Assembly (NCBI GenBank): GCA_038087875.1
Contig: CM075998.1
Location: forward strand, 4,962,001-5,026,000
Direction of reading: 5' to 3'
DNA length: 64,000 bases
Source: Malacoraja senta
Lineage: Eukaryota
Notes under the pieces: generated by a model
The model's database searches: none
What the model was told of the DNA's origin: nothing
The model's input: only the letters and a program-made list of their open reading frames with translations
Made by a program: the position numbers and the translations under genes
In this document: positions 1-14,357 of the stretch, in pieces
Layout: the number at the start of each line of letters is the position of its first letter
How positions within the stretch are numbered: the first letter of the stretch is position 1

Positions 1-235
1 AAATTGTCCCTGGTGTGTGTGTAGGATAGTGTTAGTGTGCGGGGATCGCTGGTCGGCACGGACTCGGTGGGCCGAAGGGCCTGTTTCCGTGGGGTATCTC
101 TAAAACTAAACCTGTTTCTACAGTTCCTTCCTACACTACGAGACTGTTAACCCTTATAGATCTGGCTGCCACTCAACCCGGGGGGGCTCTCTCCCTCTTG
201 AATCTAACTCGCTGCGGGGATGCTTATGTCTTCAG

Positions 236-298
236 ATCAGGACCAAAGACGTTCCACCATTGTGAATTTCAAAATACCACAGCTGCTGCCAGCCTGAG
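236..298 (+). other. Candidate 63-nt exon of an unidentified gene
   Basis: Branch point CTAAC at 204-208, acceptor gtcttcag and donor AG|gtaaaa, in unique sequence between repeats. Phase 1 gives DQDQRRSTIVNFKIPQLLPA*; phase 2 is open (SGPKTFHHCEFQNTTAAASL). Confidence 0.4.
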
Positions 299-1859
299 GT
301 AAAATGGTGGACAGCTCTAACTCCGAGCCTGGCGAATTTTATTCCAAGTTAGAGTCATAGAGTCATACAGCCCTTCGGCCCAACTCGCCCATGCCAGACC
401 AAGGTGCCCATATGCTAGTCCCACCTGCCTGCGTTTGGCCCATGTCACTCTAAATCTTTGCTATCCATGTACCTGCCCAAGTGTCTTTTAAATCTTAAGA
501 CATAGGAGCAGAACATAGGCCATTCAGCCCATCAAATCTATCCCACCATTCATACGTGGCTGATCTATCTCTCCCTCTCAACCCCATCCTCCTGCCTTCT
601 CCCCATAACCTCTGACACCCGTACTGATCAAGAATCTGTCAATCTCTGCTTTATAATGACTTGCAGCCTCCACAGCCGTCTGTGGCAATGAATTCCACAG
701 ATTCACCACCCTCTGGCTATAGAAATTCCTCCTCATCTCCTTCCTGAAGGAACGTCCTTTCATCCTGAGGCTGTGCCCTCTGGTCCTCGACTGGCTAGAG
801 TTAAGGCAGGTACTATAACAAGTGTTATAGTCCCTGCCTCAACGACCTCCTCCGGCAGCTCTCCCATACACCCTCTGTGTGAAATAAGTTGCCCCTCAGG
901 TTCCCATTTAATCTCCCCCCCCCCCCGCACCTTGAACCGATGTCCTCTTGTTTATAGATTCAAGTGAGTTTATTGTCATGTGTCCCAGATAGGACAATGA
1001 AATTCTTGCTTTGCTTCAGCACAACAGAACATAGTAGGCATTGACTACAAAACAGATCAATGTGTCCATATACAATTATATAAATATATACACACATGAA
1101 TAAATAAACTGATCAAGTGCAAATAACAGATAATGGGCTATTAATGTTCATAGTTTTGTCCGAGCCAAGTTTAATAGTCTGATGGCTGTGGGGAAGGGGC
1201 TATTCCTGAACCTGGTCGTTGCAGTCTTCAGGCTCCTGTACCTTCTACCTGAAGGTAGCGGGGAGATGAGTGTGTGGCCAGGATGGTGTGGGTCCTTGAT
1301 GATGCTGCCAGCCTTTTTGAGCAGCGACTGGGATAGATCCCCTCGATGGAAGGGAGGTCAGAGCCGATGATGGACTGGGCAGTGTTTACTACTCTTTGTA
1401 GTCTTTTCCGCTCCTGTACGTTCAAGTTGCCGAACCAAGCCACGATGCAACCGGTCAGCATGCTCTCTACTGTGCACCTGTAGAAGTTCGAGTAGAATAG
1501 ACTCCCCTACTCTGGGTGAAAGACTCTGCAATTCTCAACAGCCAATTGTTTTGGAAAAAGGAACAGTCAGTCCTGGGGTTATGTGTAAAAAAAAAAAGCC
1601 AACTAATCTGTTCATCGATGGTAGAGGTTGGATGCGAGGGCACAAAACTGGAAGGAACAGTGATCAAGAAGCTGCTCATTTAACGTTGTGTTCTCAGTCA
1701 CTTCTCGTTGTCTTTCCGCCACCCAGCTTCTTTAACGAACGTGCTTTTATTTTATTTTTTGCTCTAGATTTATTAGGTAGCTTTTAAGATGCAGATATAT
1801 TTACGTGGATGCGTGCGTGAGTGGGCGTGCATGCGTGTTTTATTTGTTGTTCTAAACAG

Positions 1860-1906
1860 ACTAATGTGGGCGACTGAACATGCTTCGAAAGCCTGCCGGG
1901 TTGAGA
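1860..1906 (+). other. Candidate 47-nt cassette exon
   Basis: Acceptor ttttatttgttgttctaaacag, donor GTGAGT and TGCATG at 1828-1833, in a TE-free block. A further acceptor (gttctctgtgcag) opens a possible terminal exon at 2154. Confidence 0.4.
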
Positions 1907-2809
1907 GTGAGTGGCGGTCGGGCTGGGGGCTGTTAGAGGCAGTACTTTGCTATATTGCTAACTTAAAAGAAAAAAGAAGAACCAATTTAACCCTTCGTAG
2001 AAAATGAAACACAAAGAAACCTGCTTTAAATGAAATGTTTCAACTGAACACTTTTAAAATAGATTTTTAGAGAGAGACATGTTTCCTTTTTAAATGTGCG
2101 TAGATGCTGAGGATAGCTGTGTCGATGAGCATCTTGTGTTGTTCTCTGTGCAGAAAATAGTCTTTATTTGAATGATCTGGTCTTGTTTGTGGAGAGTGGG
2201 TGTGCTTGTATTGAAGCTGGTGCTCCCATTTTGTTCTTTAGTGTTGAGTCGGGCATCAATTTTGGACTGGGGGGGGGAGAAGGGAAGAGGGGAGGGAGGC
2301 GGGAAGAAATAAATGGGGTGCTTTTGCCAGGCCCCCTCACTGCACCAGCCCCCCCCCTCCTCCCTCCCCCTCTCTAGTGCGAGCTAAAGCAAGTTGGTGG
2401 GACGGGGAGGGGGGCAGGGGGGGAGGGAGATGGGTGGCTCGTACCCTGCCCACCCCACCCACATTTCCCCCCGAACCCCCCCCCCCCCCGCCAGCTCACT
2501 TTCTGTCCCCCCCCCCCCCTCCATCCCTCCCTCTCCCGCCAGGCCTGGCAGTAACGTTCCTGCCCAATTTTGGTGCCCAGTGCCCGGGTGCCGGGGCCGG
2601 GCACTCTCGCTGTTCTGTTTGCCAAAGATTGTGCCGTGCGATGTCTGGCGCTCACTGAGTAAGCCCCCCCCCCTTCCCCCCACACACACCGTGCCAGGCT
2701 GACTGCCCACCTCAGTGTGCCCACCTCTGTGCCCAGCACCACCTTCCTGCACACTACCCACCCACTGCTGGGGGTCATAGCCATGAAGGAAGTCTACTCT
2801 GGTTGTGTA

Positions 2810-3185
<376 letters not shown>

Positions 3186-4904
3186 CTCGGAGCTGTTTTC
3201 TGAAACGATGAGATTGCCGCCTGATGGTGGGGCGAGGAGTTAGTTCCACAGAGCGACCGGGCCCGTCCCAGGGCCCACAGTGTGAGCCCCGCTCACTTGG
3301 CCACCCAGTCCTCTGGGCCCTTTGTTGCCCCTGGGGCCAGGGTGAGGGGTAGGGGTGGGGGTGAGTGGGAGCAGAGATACAGGGTGCAGCTTTTGCGGCT
3401 GGAGGTGTCTCGTTGCCCTATCGAGTTAGATAGAGCTCTAGGGCTAGTGGAATTAAGGGATATGGGGAGAAGGCAGGCACGGGTTATTGATTGGGGATGA
3501 TCAGCCATGATCACAATGAATGGCGGCGCTGGCTCGAAGGGCCGAATGGCCTCCTCCTGCACCTATTGTCTATGTTTCTATGTTTCCTCTCCCGTTTGTT
3601 GCTCGGGGGAGACTTGAACAGTCCACTCTCCCCCCGGGCTCCCCTGCTACCCCCCCCCCCCCCCCCGCCGGCCCCCATCAGCTGAGGATCGGACACTTTT
3701 AACGCTTTGCACATCTCTATTTTAAGACGGAGTTACTAGAAGTTACTAGAACTTTTACAGGCCACTCATCATCGGCCGAGTTGTAGTTCGTTCAAGTTGA
3801 GGCTGAAAACACGTTTGATTCAAACGCAGTTACGCAAATTCACAGCGCGATACCCGGGTTCCATCCCGACCTCGGCTTCTGTCAGTCTGTGTGTGTGTGG
3901 AGTCTGCACGCTCCCCCCCCCCCCGCGGCCCGCGTGGGTTTCCTCCGGGTGCTCCGGTTTCCTGCCACGTCCCAAAGACGTGCGGGTGTGTAGGTCAATC
4001 GGCCCCTCTGTAAATTGGCCCCTTAGTGTGTGAGAAAGTGGGAACTGGTGTGAACGCTGGTCGGCACGGACTCGGTGGGCCGAAGGGCCTTGTTTCCATG
4101 CTGTAAACCATTAAATAAGTGGCCATTCTGGTCTCTTCCCTCCTTGCCATGCCAACTGCCCGCAGGTAGAGTGCAATGCCCCCCATGCCCGGCAACCTTG
4201 CCCCCGCGTACCCATCTCCGTCCTAGATTGGGATCAGCTGCGATTGAATGGCGGAGTGGACTCGATGGGCCGAATGGCCTGGTTCTGCTCCTGGGGCTTA
4301 TCGCCTGGTCTGATGGGACCTGTCTGTGACCATGGCCGAGGTTATGCGGGGGGGGGGGGGGGGGGAGTCAGATACCCGCAGGATTTATGCCCCCTGTCTA
4401 AATCCTTTCAATTTGCCGAGAATGTCATAGTTTCAGGAAACACAATGTGCTGCTGCTATCCCTGCCACCGGGAGTCTTGCCCGTGCCGCCATCCCATAAC
4501 CACAGTGTAAATGTTACTGCTTCTTCATCCCGTGGTTTTGTTCTCAAAGAATGAGTGAGTGCATTAAACAAATGACAGACTTGAACTTCAGTAAAACCAA
4601 CCATGCAAATACTGCTTGCTGTTTCTTGGTGTCCATGTGCGATGGGGTGCGCCGTGCCCGGCCCTGGAGCAGAGAGAGGGTGGCGGGGGGGAGAGCCAGG
4701 GTGGCACAGCTGGCACCACCGGTTGCGTCGACCACGAGGCGGGTTGGCAGGCAAACGGTGCCAATGGTGATGTTGGTACAATGGGCACAGTGATCCCAAA
4801 CGGGCAGAGAATGTGGGTGGGGAGTGTGTGGGTGTGTGTGTGGGGGGGGGGGGGAGTGTGTGTGTGTGTGTGTGTGTGTGTGGGGGGTGTGTACAAAGGA
4901 CAAA

Positions 4905-5710
4905 AATACAATACAAAGGCCATTTATTATCACCAATTGGTGCAGTGAAATTTGACTTGCCATTGCAGCACACCAATAAAAATATGATACAACATTAAAG
5001 AATTTAACAGTAAACATAAAAACATCCCCCACAATGGTTCCCACTGTGGGGGGAGGCAGCAAAGTCCAGTCCCGACCCTTATTCACCCATAGTCGGGCCT
5101 ATTGCGGCCTCCTATGGCAGCCCGATGCTTCAGGCCCCCTTGCCGGATGACAGAGCTCCGGCGTCGGGAAAACCCTCTCGGTGGCTTGGAGCGTCTGGAC
5201 CGGCCGCTTCCTCCCTGGAGACCGCGGCTCCTGAAGTCCACACTGGCGATCTGGGCGAGAGATCCCAGGCTCCGCGGTGTTTAGGGTTCAGCGCCGCCCG
5301 CCCGCCCGCGGCTGGACGCTCCACAGACCACAGCTCCGTGACGTTGGTGCCGGCGGTCTCAGCACTCCGGAGCTTACCACACGGCGACCCCCGGTAAGGC
5401 ATCGCCCGCTCCGCGATGGTGCTTCAGCGCTGCGCCGCCGCCGAAGCTGAATTCCTGGCCGGTCCCGGCAGGAAACGCCGCTCCAGTCCCGTTGGTAGGC
5501 CGCGAGGAAGGGGCGAAGATACGGCCCGGAGGAAAACCACATCTCCGGCCAGGTAGGGACTGAGAAATACAGTTCCCCCCCCCACCCACCCCCCACATAA
5601 CAAAGATTAGACCTCCAAAACAAACACTTTTAACTCACTAAAAATTAATAAAAAGGGTGAAAGGACGAACAGCTGCTGGCAGGGCAGCCATACTCGATGG
5701 TGCCCCCTTA
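4905..5710 (-). mobile_element. Probable non-autonomous LINE-related element inserted in a GT-rich microsatellite
   Basis: Minus-strand 3' end aataaatggcctttgtattgtatt resembles a LINE tail; GC-rich body; flanked on both sides by the same GT/GGGT low-complexity tract. Confidence 0.45.
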
Positions 5711-7194
5711 ATAAGTGTGGGGGGGGGGTGTGTGTGTGTGTGTATGGGGAGTGTGTGTGGGTGTATGGGGGTGAGTGTGTGTGGGGGTGTGGGGTGTGTG
5801 TGCAGGGGGGAGTGTGTATGGGGTGTGGGTGTGTGTGTGGAGTGCGTGTGGGGAGTGTGTGTGGGTGTGTGTATGTGGGTGTGTGGGTGGGTGTGTGTAT
5901 GGGGGTGAGTGTGTGGGTGTGTGTGGGGGGGTGGGTGTGTGTGTATGGGGGTGTGTGTGTGGGTATATGGAGTGTGTGTGTGTGCAGGGGGGAGTGTGTG
6001 GGGGGGAGTGTGGGTGTGTGTGTGTGAGTGTGTGTGTGTGTGTGGGGTGTGCGGGCTGGTGTGAGAGTGGGTTCACACTGGCGACTGTGTGAAGTGAGTT
6101 CAGTCACGGCTCATCATCGCCTCCTGCTGGAGTGAGGGGGGACGTATCCCTAACAGACGGTTACCCCAGCACGGAGCACGGATCACCAGGATGAAGGGCA
6201 GCCTCTCGCCAGTGCATCCGACAGCCAGCGATTCAATGCCCACACTACACTGCACAGACTCAATCTAAACATCAAACCCATCAGACAAGACCTACGAGGA
6301 TGTTGCCAGCACTCGAGGGTCTGAGCTACAGGGAGAGCTGGTGTAGTTTAGTTTAGAGATACAGTGTGGAAACAGGCCTTCGGCCCACCCAGTCCGCGCC
6401 GACCAGCGATCCCCACACATTAACACTACCCTACACACACTAGGGACAATTTACATTTACACCAAGCAATTAACCTACAAATCTGTACGTCCTTGGAGTG
6501 TGGGAGGAAACCGGAGCGCCCGGAGAAAACCCACGGGGAGAACGTACAAACTCCATACAGACAGCACCTGTAGTGAGGATGGAACCCGGGTCTCTGGCGC
6601 CGTGAGGCAGCAACTCTACCACTGCGCCACCGTGCCGTGCAGGCTGGGACTCTATTCCATGGAGCGCAGGAGGATGAGGGGTGATCTTATAGAGGTGTAT
6701 AAAATCATGAGAGGAATAGATCGGGTAGACGCACAGAGTCTCTTGCCCAGAGTAGGGAATCAAAGACCAGAGGACATGTGTTTCAGGTGAAGGGGAAAAG
6801 ATTTAATAGGAATCTGAGGGGTAACTTTTTCACACAGTGGGTGGTGGTGTATGGAACAAGCTGCCAGAGGAGGTAGTTGAGGCTGGGACTATCCCAACGT
6901 TTAAGAAACAGTTAGACAGGTACATGGATAGGACAGGTTTGCAGGGATATGGACCAAACGCAGGCAGGTGGGACTGGTGTAGATGGGGCATGTTGGCCGG
7001 TGTGGGCAAGTTGGGCCGAAGGGCCTGTTTCCGCACTGTGTCACTCTGTGACAATATGACAGACATCCCCTGGCCAGAGGATTCTAAACTGTACCCCCCC
7101 CCCCCCCCCACGCTCATTGATTGTTGATTGCGGGTTGATCATGAGTTGTCGTCCCCCCGACACCGAGGCCCCACCGCCATCGACTCGGTGCAAC

Positions 7195-10100
7195 CATTGA
7201 TGTAGATGACAAACAGTAACGAACCTGAGGCACACCACTAGTCACAGGCCTCCAGTCTGAGAAGCAACCTTCCACCATCACCCTTTGCTTCCTTCCATGG
7301 AGCCAATTTTCTATCCATTCAGCTATCTCTCCTTGGATCCCATGAGATCTAACCTTCCAGAGCAGCCTACCATGTGGAACCTTGTCGAACGCCTTGCTGA
7401 AGTCCATGTACACAACATCTACAGCTCTGCCCTCATCAATCATTTTGGTTACATCTTCAAAAAGCTCAATTGGATGTGTGAGACAGGACCTCCAACGTAC
7501 ACAACCATGTTGACTATCCCTAATCAGCCCTTGCCCATCTAAATGCACCTTATCCTCAGAATACTCTTCCAACTTTCCAACTACAGATGTTAAGCTCACC
7601 GGCCTATAGTTCCCAGCACCCCTTCTTGAATAAAGGCACAACATTTGCCACCCTCCAGTCTTCCGGCACTTCTCTTAATGGTCTTAACGACGACTGGTAA
7701 ATCTCAGCCCGGGAGATTTGGCTGCCTTCATACACATTAGGACCTTTTACGACTGTGATACTGACTGCTGCCATTGACTGCCCCAAAAGGTAAAAACAGA
7801 GAAATACTCATTGAGGACCTTGCCCATCTCCTGTGGTTCCACACAGAGGTGACCACTTTGATTCCTGACAGGTCCCACTCTCTCTCTAGTTACCCTTGTC
7901 CCCCTTATGTATTTATAACATCTTTTGGGATTGTCCTTAATGCTACCCCCTGGCCCCTTTTAGCCGCCTGATTTCCTTGTCTACTTTGCTCCTTAGTTCC
8001 TGAAATTCCTCCAGGGATCCACTTGATCCCAGATTCCCAGCTGCCTATACCTGTCCCATGCATCCTTCTTACTCTTGACCAGAGCCACAATTTCTCTCAT
8101 CAGCCAAGCTTCCTTACGTTTGCCTGCCTTGCCTTGCACTATAACTGGGACATGCATGTCCCGATCTCTTGACAGCACACTTGTAAAAACATCCCACTTG
8201 GTCGATGTTCCTTTCCCCTCAAATAACCTGCTCCAATCAACTTAATTTTAAAAGGTGGGCCCTCTCTGTCCCTATCCATAACTATCTTAAACCTAAAGCT
8301 GGTCCCAAAATGCTCTTCCACAAACACTTCATTAAACACATCAGGAATGACGGTGGAACAGCAATGGCAGGAATTTCTGGGCATAATCCAGAAGACGCAG
8401 GAACATTTCATTCCAAAGAGGAAGAAAGATTCTAAGGGGAGTAAGAGGCAACCGTGGCTGACAAGGGAAGTTAGGGATGGAATAAAACTAAAATAAAAGA
8501 TGTATAACACAGCAAAGAGTAGCCGGAAGCCAGAGGATTGGGAAACTTTCATAGGACAACAGAAGGAAACAATATGGGCTGAAAAGATGAAGTACGAGGG
8601 GAAGCTGGCCAAGAATATAAAGAAGGATAGTAAAAGCTTCTTTAGGTATGTTAAGAGAAAAAGATTAGTAAAGACAAATGTGGGTCCCTTGAAGGCAGAA
8701 ACAGGCGAAATTATTATGGGGAACAAGGAAATGGCAGAAGAGTTGAACAGGTACTTCGGATCTGTCTTCACTGAGGAAGACACAAACAATCTCCCAGATA
8801 TACTGGAGGACAGAGGATCTAGGGAGACAGAGGAACTGAGAGAATTTTGCATTAGGCAAGAAATAGTATTTGGTAGATTGATGGGACTGAAGGCTGATAA
8901 ATCCCCAGGTGGTCTGATGGTCTGCATCCCAGATTGGAAAGACTGGGCTTGTATTCACTGGAATTTAGAAGGATGAGAGGATATCTTATAGAAACATATA
9001 AAATGATAAAAGAACTGGAAAAGCTAGATGCATGAAAATTGTTCCCAATGTTGGGAAAGTCCAGAACCAGGGGCTACAGTCTAAGAATAAAGGGGAGGCC
9101 ATTTAAAACTGAGGTAAAACTTTTTCACCCAGAGAGTTGTGAATTTGTGGAATTTTCTGCCACAGAGGGCAGTGGAGGCCAATTCACTGGATGAATTTAA
9201 AAGAGAGTTAGATAGAGCTCTGGGGGCTAGTGGAATCAAGGGATATGGGGAGAAGGCAGGCACAGGTTACTGATTGTGGATGGGCCAAATAGCCTCCTCC
9301 TGCCCCTATTTTCTATGTTTCTATTAACTTGCCCTTCCCAATTTTCCAATACTTGATCCAGCGTTGCCCTCTCACGTGTGGGGGCCTCCACATACTGCTT
9401 AAGAAAACTCTCCTGAACACTTTTGAGGAATTGCACTCCATCTAAACCCTTCACACTATGATTTTCCCAGACTATATTGGGAAAGTTAAGATCCCCTACT
9501 ACAACAACCTTATTTGACCTGCAATCACCCAGCACATTTGTTCTTCTAATTCCCGTCGACTATTCGGGGGTCTGTGGTACACCCCCCACAAGGTGATCAT
9601 CCCTTTCTTGTTCCTCAGCTCCACCCATATAGCCTCACTAGACGAACCGTCTGTAATGTCACATCTGATCACGGCCGTGACATCCTCCTCAACCAACAAT
9701 GCAACCCCCTCCCTCCTCTTTTTCCCTCACCCCTCTCTCTCCTGAAGCTCCTGTACCCCAGAACATTGAGCTGCCAGTCCTGGCCCTCCCTGAACCAGTC
9801 ATGGCTACAATGTCCCAGTCGCTTGCCCTAAGCTCATCTGCCTTACCCGTCAGGCCCCTTGCATTAAAACATGTGCAGTTTAAACCAACCCTCCTTCCGC
9901 GCTCTCCGCCTTTCACCTGCCTATTCTGTCCACTAACCTCTCCCACACCACCCTCCATACCCACTTCTAGCCTCTCACGTGCCTCTGTCCTGCACGAGAT
10001 CCTACCCCCCCCTGCCAATCTAGTTTAAACCCGTTTATATCAACGGGTCGATGGTGGAAAGGGTCAAGAACTTGAAATTCCTGGGCGTGCATTCCTCCGA

Positions 10101-11330
10101 AGATTTTTCCTGGTCCCAGCACATTGATGCAATTATAAAGAAGGCACATCAGCGCCTCTACTTCCTGAGAAGATTACGGAGAGTCGGTATGGCAAGGAGG
10201 GCTCTCTCGAACATCTACAGGAGCATTGTGGCTTGGTTCGGCAACTTGAACGTCCAGGAGCGGAAAAGGCTGCAAAAAGTAGTAACCACTGCCCAGTCCA
10301 TCATCGGCTCTGACCTCCCCACCATCGAGGGGATCTACCACAGTCGCTGCCTCAAAAAGGCTGGCAGCATCATCAAGGACCCACACCATCCTGGCCACAC
10401 ACTCATCTCCCCGCTGCCTTCAGGTAGAAGGTACAGGAGCCTGAAATCTGCAACATCCAGGTTCAGGAATAGCTACTTCCCCACAGCCATCAGGCTATTA
10501 AACTCAACTCAAACAAACTATGAACTATAACAACCTATTGCACTTTATCTGTTTATTTATGTGTGTATATATATATTCAATGGTATATAGACACACTGAA
10601 CTGTTCTCTATTTATGCCTACAATATTCTGTTGTGCTGCAGCAATGCAAGAATGTCATTGTCCTATCTGGGACACATGACAATAAACTCTCTTGACTTGA
10701 CTTGAACCCACCCGTGTAGCATTAGCAAACCTGCCCGCGAGGATGTTGGTCCCCCTCCAGTTTAGGTGCAACCTGTCCCTTTAGTACAGGTCACCACTGC
10801 CCCAGAAGAGATCGCAATGATCCAGCAATCTAAATCCCTGCCCCCTGCATCAACTCCTCAGCCACACATTCATTTCCCCTATCTCCCTGTTCCTACCCTA
10901 ACTAGCACGAGGTATTGGAAGCAATCCAGAGAAACCTATGTGTAGGAAAGAACTGCAAATGCTGGTTCAGATTGAAGATAGACACAAAACGCTGGAGTAA
11001 CTCAGCGGGACAGGCAGCATCTCTGGAGAGAAGGAATGGGTGACGTTTTGGGTTGAAACCCTACAGTCTGAAGAAGGGTCTCGACTCGACCCGAAACGTA
11101 GTGAGTTACTCCAGCATTTGGTGTCTATCCAGAGAGAACTATCATGGAGGTCCTGCTTTTCAGCCTTTTCCCTAATTCCCTAAACTCGTGTTGCAGTACC
11201 TCCTTCCTCTTGCTACCTATATCGTTTGTGCCAGCATGCACGACAACCTCCGGCTGCTCCCCCTCCCTCGTGAGGATGCCGTGCAGCCGCTCCGAGACGT
11301 CCTGGACCCTGGCACCAGGGAGGCAGCATG
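7195..11330 (-). mobile_element. Fragmented CR1 LINE with nested opposite-strand CR1 (8340-9325), Rex1 3' end (10035-10705) and Penelope pieces
   Basis: RT (DFSKAFDKVPH, 7114-7644), endonuclease (FNARGL, YHRPPN, GDLNFP, 9330-9900) and ORF1 esterase-like CCLPGARVQDV...VHAGTND (11125-11330) fragments. Confidence 0.8.
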
Positions 11331-11796
11331 CCACCCGGGTGCTCCGGTTTCCTCCCACGTCCCAAAGACGTGCGGGTTTGCAGGTTAATCTGCCCCCTGT
11401 GTAAATTGCCCCCTAGTGTGTAGGGAATGGATGAGAAAGTGGGATAACACGGAACTAGTGTGTGAACGGGTGATCGATGGTCAGCACGGACTCAATGGGC
11501 CGAAGGGCCTGTTTCCATGCCGTACCTCTAATCGAAGCCAGTCCCATGCATCTGCAACAGCGTCACACTGCTGTCGTTTAACTTGAAGAAAGTTGTGGCT
11601 ACACTTTAGCCTCACTCCTGATCTTTGGTCACCCGGTACAGAGTCGGCAGGGAAGGGGGGGTGGGGGATCTCTCTGTCGGTCTGCTCCTGGGCCTGGCCA
11701 AGATGGCCATTGGTGGGTCCAGGCAGTGGGTCCCACCAGTCAGCTGCCTGCCCCGCTTCCGGGCCTATGTCCGTGCCCACGTGTATCTGGAGAGGG

Positions 11797-11835
<39 letters not shown>

Positions 11836-13269
11836 TGTCCACGGGGACTCTAGAGGCCTTCCATGAACGCTGGTCACCGCGGGGGGGGGGGGGGGGGGGC
11901 AAGAGTATCATGGATATGGATGATAATGTTGTAATTTGAAGCCTGACTGATTGATGCAGGGCAGTTTTGATCTTTCCAGTACTCAGTAACTGTGATTATT
12001 TGAATTTAAAGACCCAGGCATCGGGATCCAGAGGGACTTAGCGTCTGATGTCAGTGTTTCAACAGGGCGGCACGGTAGAGTTGCTGCCGCACAGCGCCAG
12101 AGACCCGGGTTCAATCCCGACCACGGCTGCTGTCTGCTCGGCAATGGTGCTAAAATGCATGATCTACCAAACACTATATTTGGAGACCCAGATCTGAATA
12201 TCAATGGTGCATTTTGCCGTGGTTGCTGATAGTTTTCAGTTGCGATGACACTCTGGGACAATCAGCAGTGTTTAGTTTAGATCAGAGGTACAGGGCAAAG
12301 CTTTTTTTTAAATTGTGTGCATGTTCAGCTAAAGGAAGAACCCATTTGCAAAGACACCAGCATAAAACCGCACAAGATCCTGTGCTGTCTGAGAGAGGAT
12401 TAGTATCTGTTTAATTCTGGGGAATTTCCCCCTTCAATTTTCCCTTCAAAAATATTGTTTCCTTTTAAAACCCAAAATAATTTGTTTGCAAAGATATGTA
12501 CTTTCAAGAGAGGCTCTTAAAGATAGAGGAGTCAGGGGATATGGGGAGAAGGCAGGAACGGGGTACTGATTGGGGATGATCAGCCATGATCACATTGAAT
12601 GGTGGTGCTGGCTCGAAGGGCCGAATGTCTACCTGGCCAAATGTCTCTCAAAACATGATACTATTTCCCTACAACAAATATCCTTAAATTACTATTTCCC
12701 CATCCTTGTCAAGAATACATTCCACCCCCAGCGTTGCCCAGCGGTCCCGGAAATTCCCAGGGTCCCAGTGGACAGCGTGTAGTCCCCTCCCTAACCTGAC
12801 CCGGGCATGGGCGTAAAAGAGTGCAGATGCAGAATAAATCTCCCTCCAAACTGTCCCGTCACATGCTCCCAAAGCACCGCTCCCCAAGAACCCCCCCCCC
12901 TCCCGTGAACCCTGGCTGAACTCCCATTGCTTTCTCCCCCTTCCCCGTTTCAATGGCTGCAGATTCTGCACCTTTTCTATCCCCCACGCTGAACAATTCC
13001 CAGTCCTTCATCCTCTCAGGCTCACACAACCCATGGCCTTTGTCCAAGCATCAGCCCTTCAAATAACCCCCTGGCCAGGCTTTGTCCCACCCCCACCTCT
13101 CTCCCCCACCCACACCACAATCAGTCTGAAGCAAAGATCCTATAGCTGTAGGATCTTTGGTCTGAAGCAGGGCCCCCACCCAAAGCATCACCTCTCCAGA
13201 GATGCCGAGTTACTCCAGCACTTTGGGCCTTTTCTCGGTATAATCCAGCACCTGCAGTTCCGTGTTCTT

Positions 13270-14357
13270 GTCAGAGTACACGAGGTGCGAGTGACGATGC
13301 TCTTTCTTTGCAACAACTTGTCAGGCAAGGAGGAGAACCGTGAAGCAAGAGGCGGCTGTGCACAATCAAAGCCCGCGGCAGTTTTATATCATTGTTTACA
13401 GTATAAAGGTGAAGTTCGACCCGCACGCTCGCCTACACGGTTGACCGTGGTGATCCGGCATTCTCTCATTCTCCCCTTAGCAACAGGGCCTCATCACTGA
13501 AGAACAAGACAGGCGGATAGATGTTCGAGTCATTGACTTTGTGGGTCAGTGTGACCGGACATGATGATCCTAGCACAGATGGGGCAGCTTCACTGGAGTA
13601 GACAAAGTGTTTAAGAAGGAACTGCAGATGCTGGAAAATCGAAGGTAGACAAAAATGCTGGAGAAACTCAGCGGGTGCAGCAGCATCTATGGAGCGAAGG
13701 AAATAGGCAACGTTTCGGGACAAAACTCAGAAGGAAATAGGCAACATTTCGGGACGAAACCCGGAAGGAAATAGGCAACGTTTCAGGATGAACCCCAGAA
13801 GGAAATAGGCAACGTTTCGGGACGAACCCCAGAAGGAAATAGGCAACGTTTCAGGACGAACCCCAGAAGGAAATAGGCAACGTTTCAGGACGAACCCCAG
13901 AAGGAAATAGGCAACGTTTCGGGACGAAACCCAGAAGGAAATAGGCAACGTTTCGGGACGAAACCCAGAAGGAAATAGGCAACGTTTCAGGACGAAACCC
14001 AGAAGGAAATAGGCAACGTTTCGGGACGAAACCCAGAAGGAAATAGGCAACGTTTCGGGACGAAACCCAGAAGGAAATAGGCAACGTTTCGGGACGAAAC
14101 CCAGAAGGAAATAGGCAACGTTTCGGGACGAAACCCAGAAGGAAATAGGCAACGTTTCAGGCCGAAACCCGGAAGGGTTTCGGCCCGAAACGTTGCCTAT
14201 TTCCTTCGCTCCATGGATGCTGCTGCACCCGCTGTGTTTCTCCAGCACTTTTGTATACCTTCACTGTATTAGAGTTCGCTGCTCCAATTAGCACAGAACG
14301 AAGCGCTGCCCATCCGTCTTCACGACAAGATGGGAGAACAGCTCAGTTCTTCCCACG
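13270..14357 (-). repeat. ERV 3' LTR, split by a Penelope-derived hairpin and array
   Basis: Homologous to 32060-32430 on both sides of the 13608-14263 insertion. Preceded on the minus strand by the polypurine tract AAAAGCAGGGGA. Confidence 0.65.
13696..14175. repeat. 34-bp tandem array (CCAGAAGGAAATAGGCAACGTTTCGGGACGAAAC)n inside a Penelope-derived inverted repeat
   Basis: About 14 units read directly. The flanking arms 13630-13720 and 14175-14263 are reverse complements. Confidence 0.9.
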
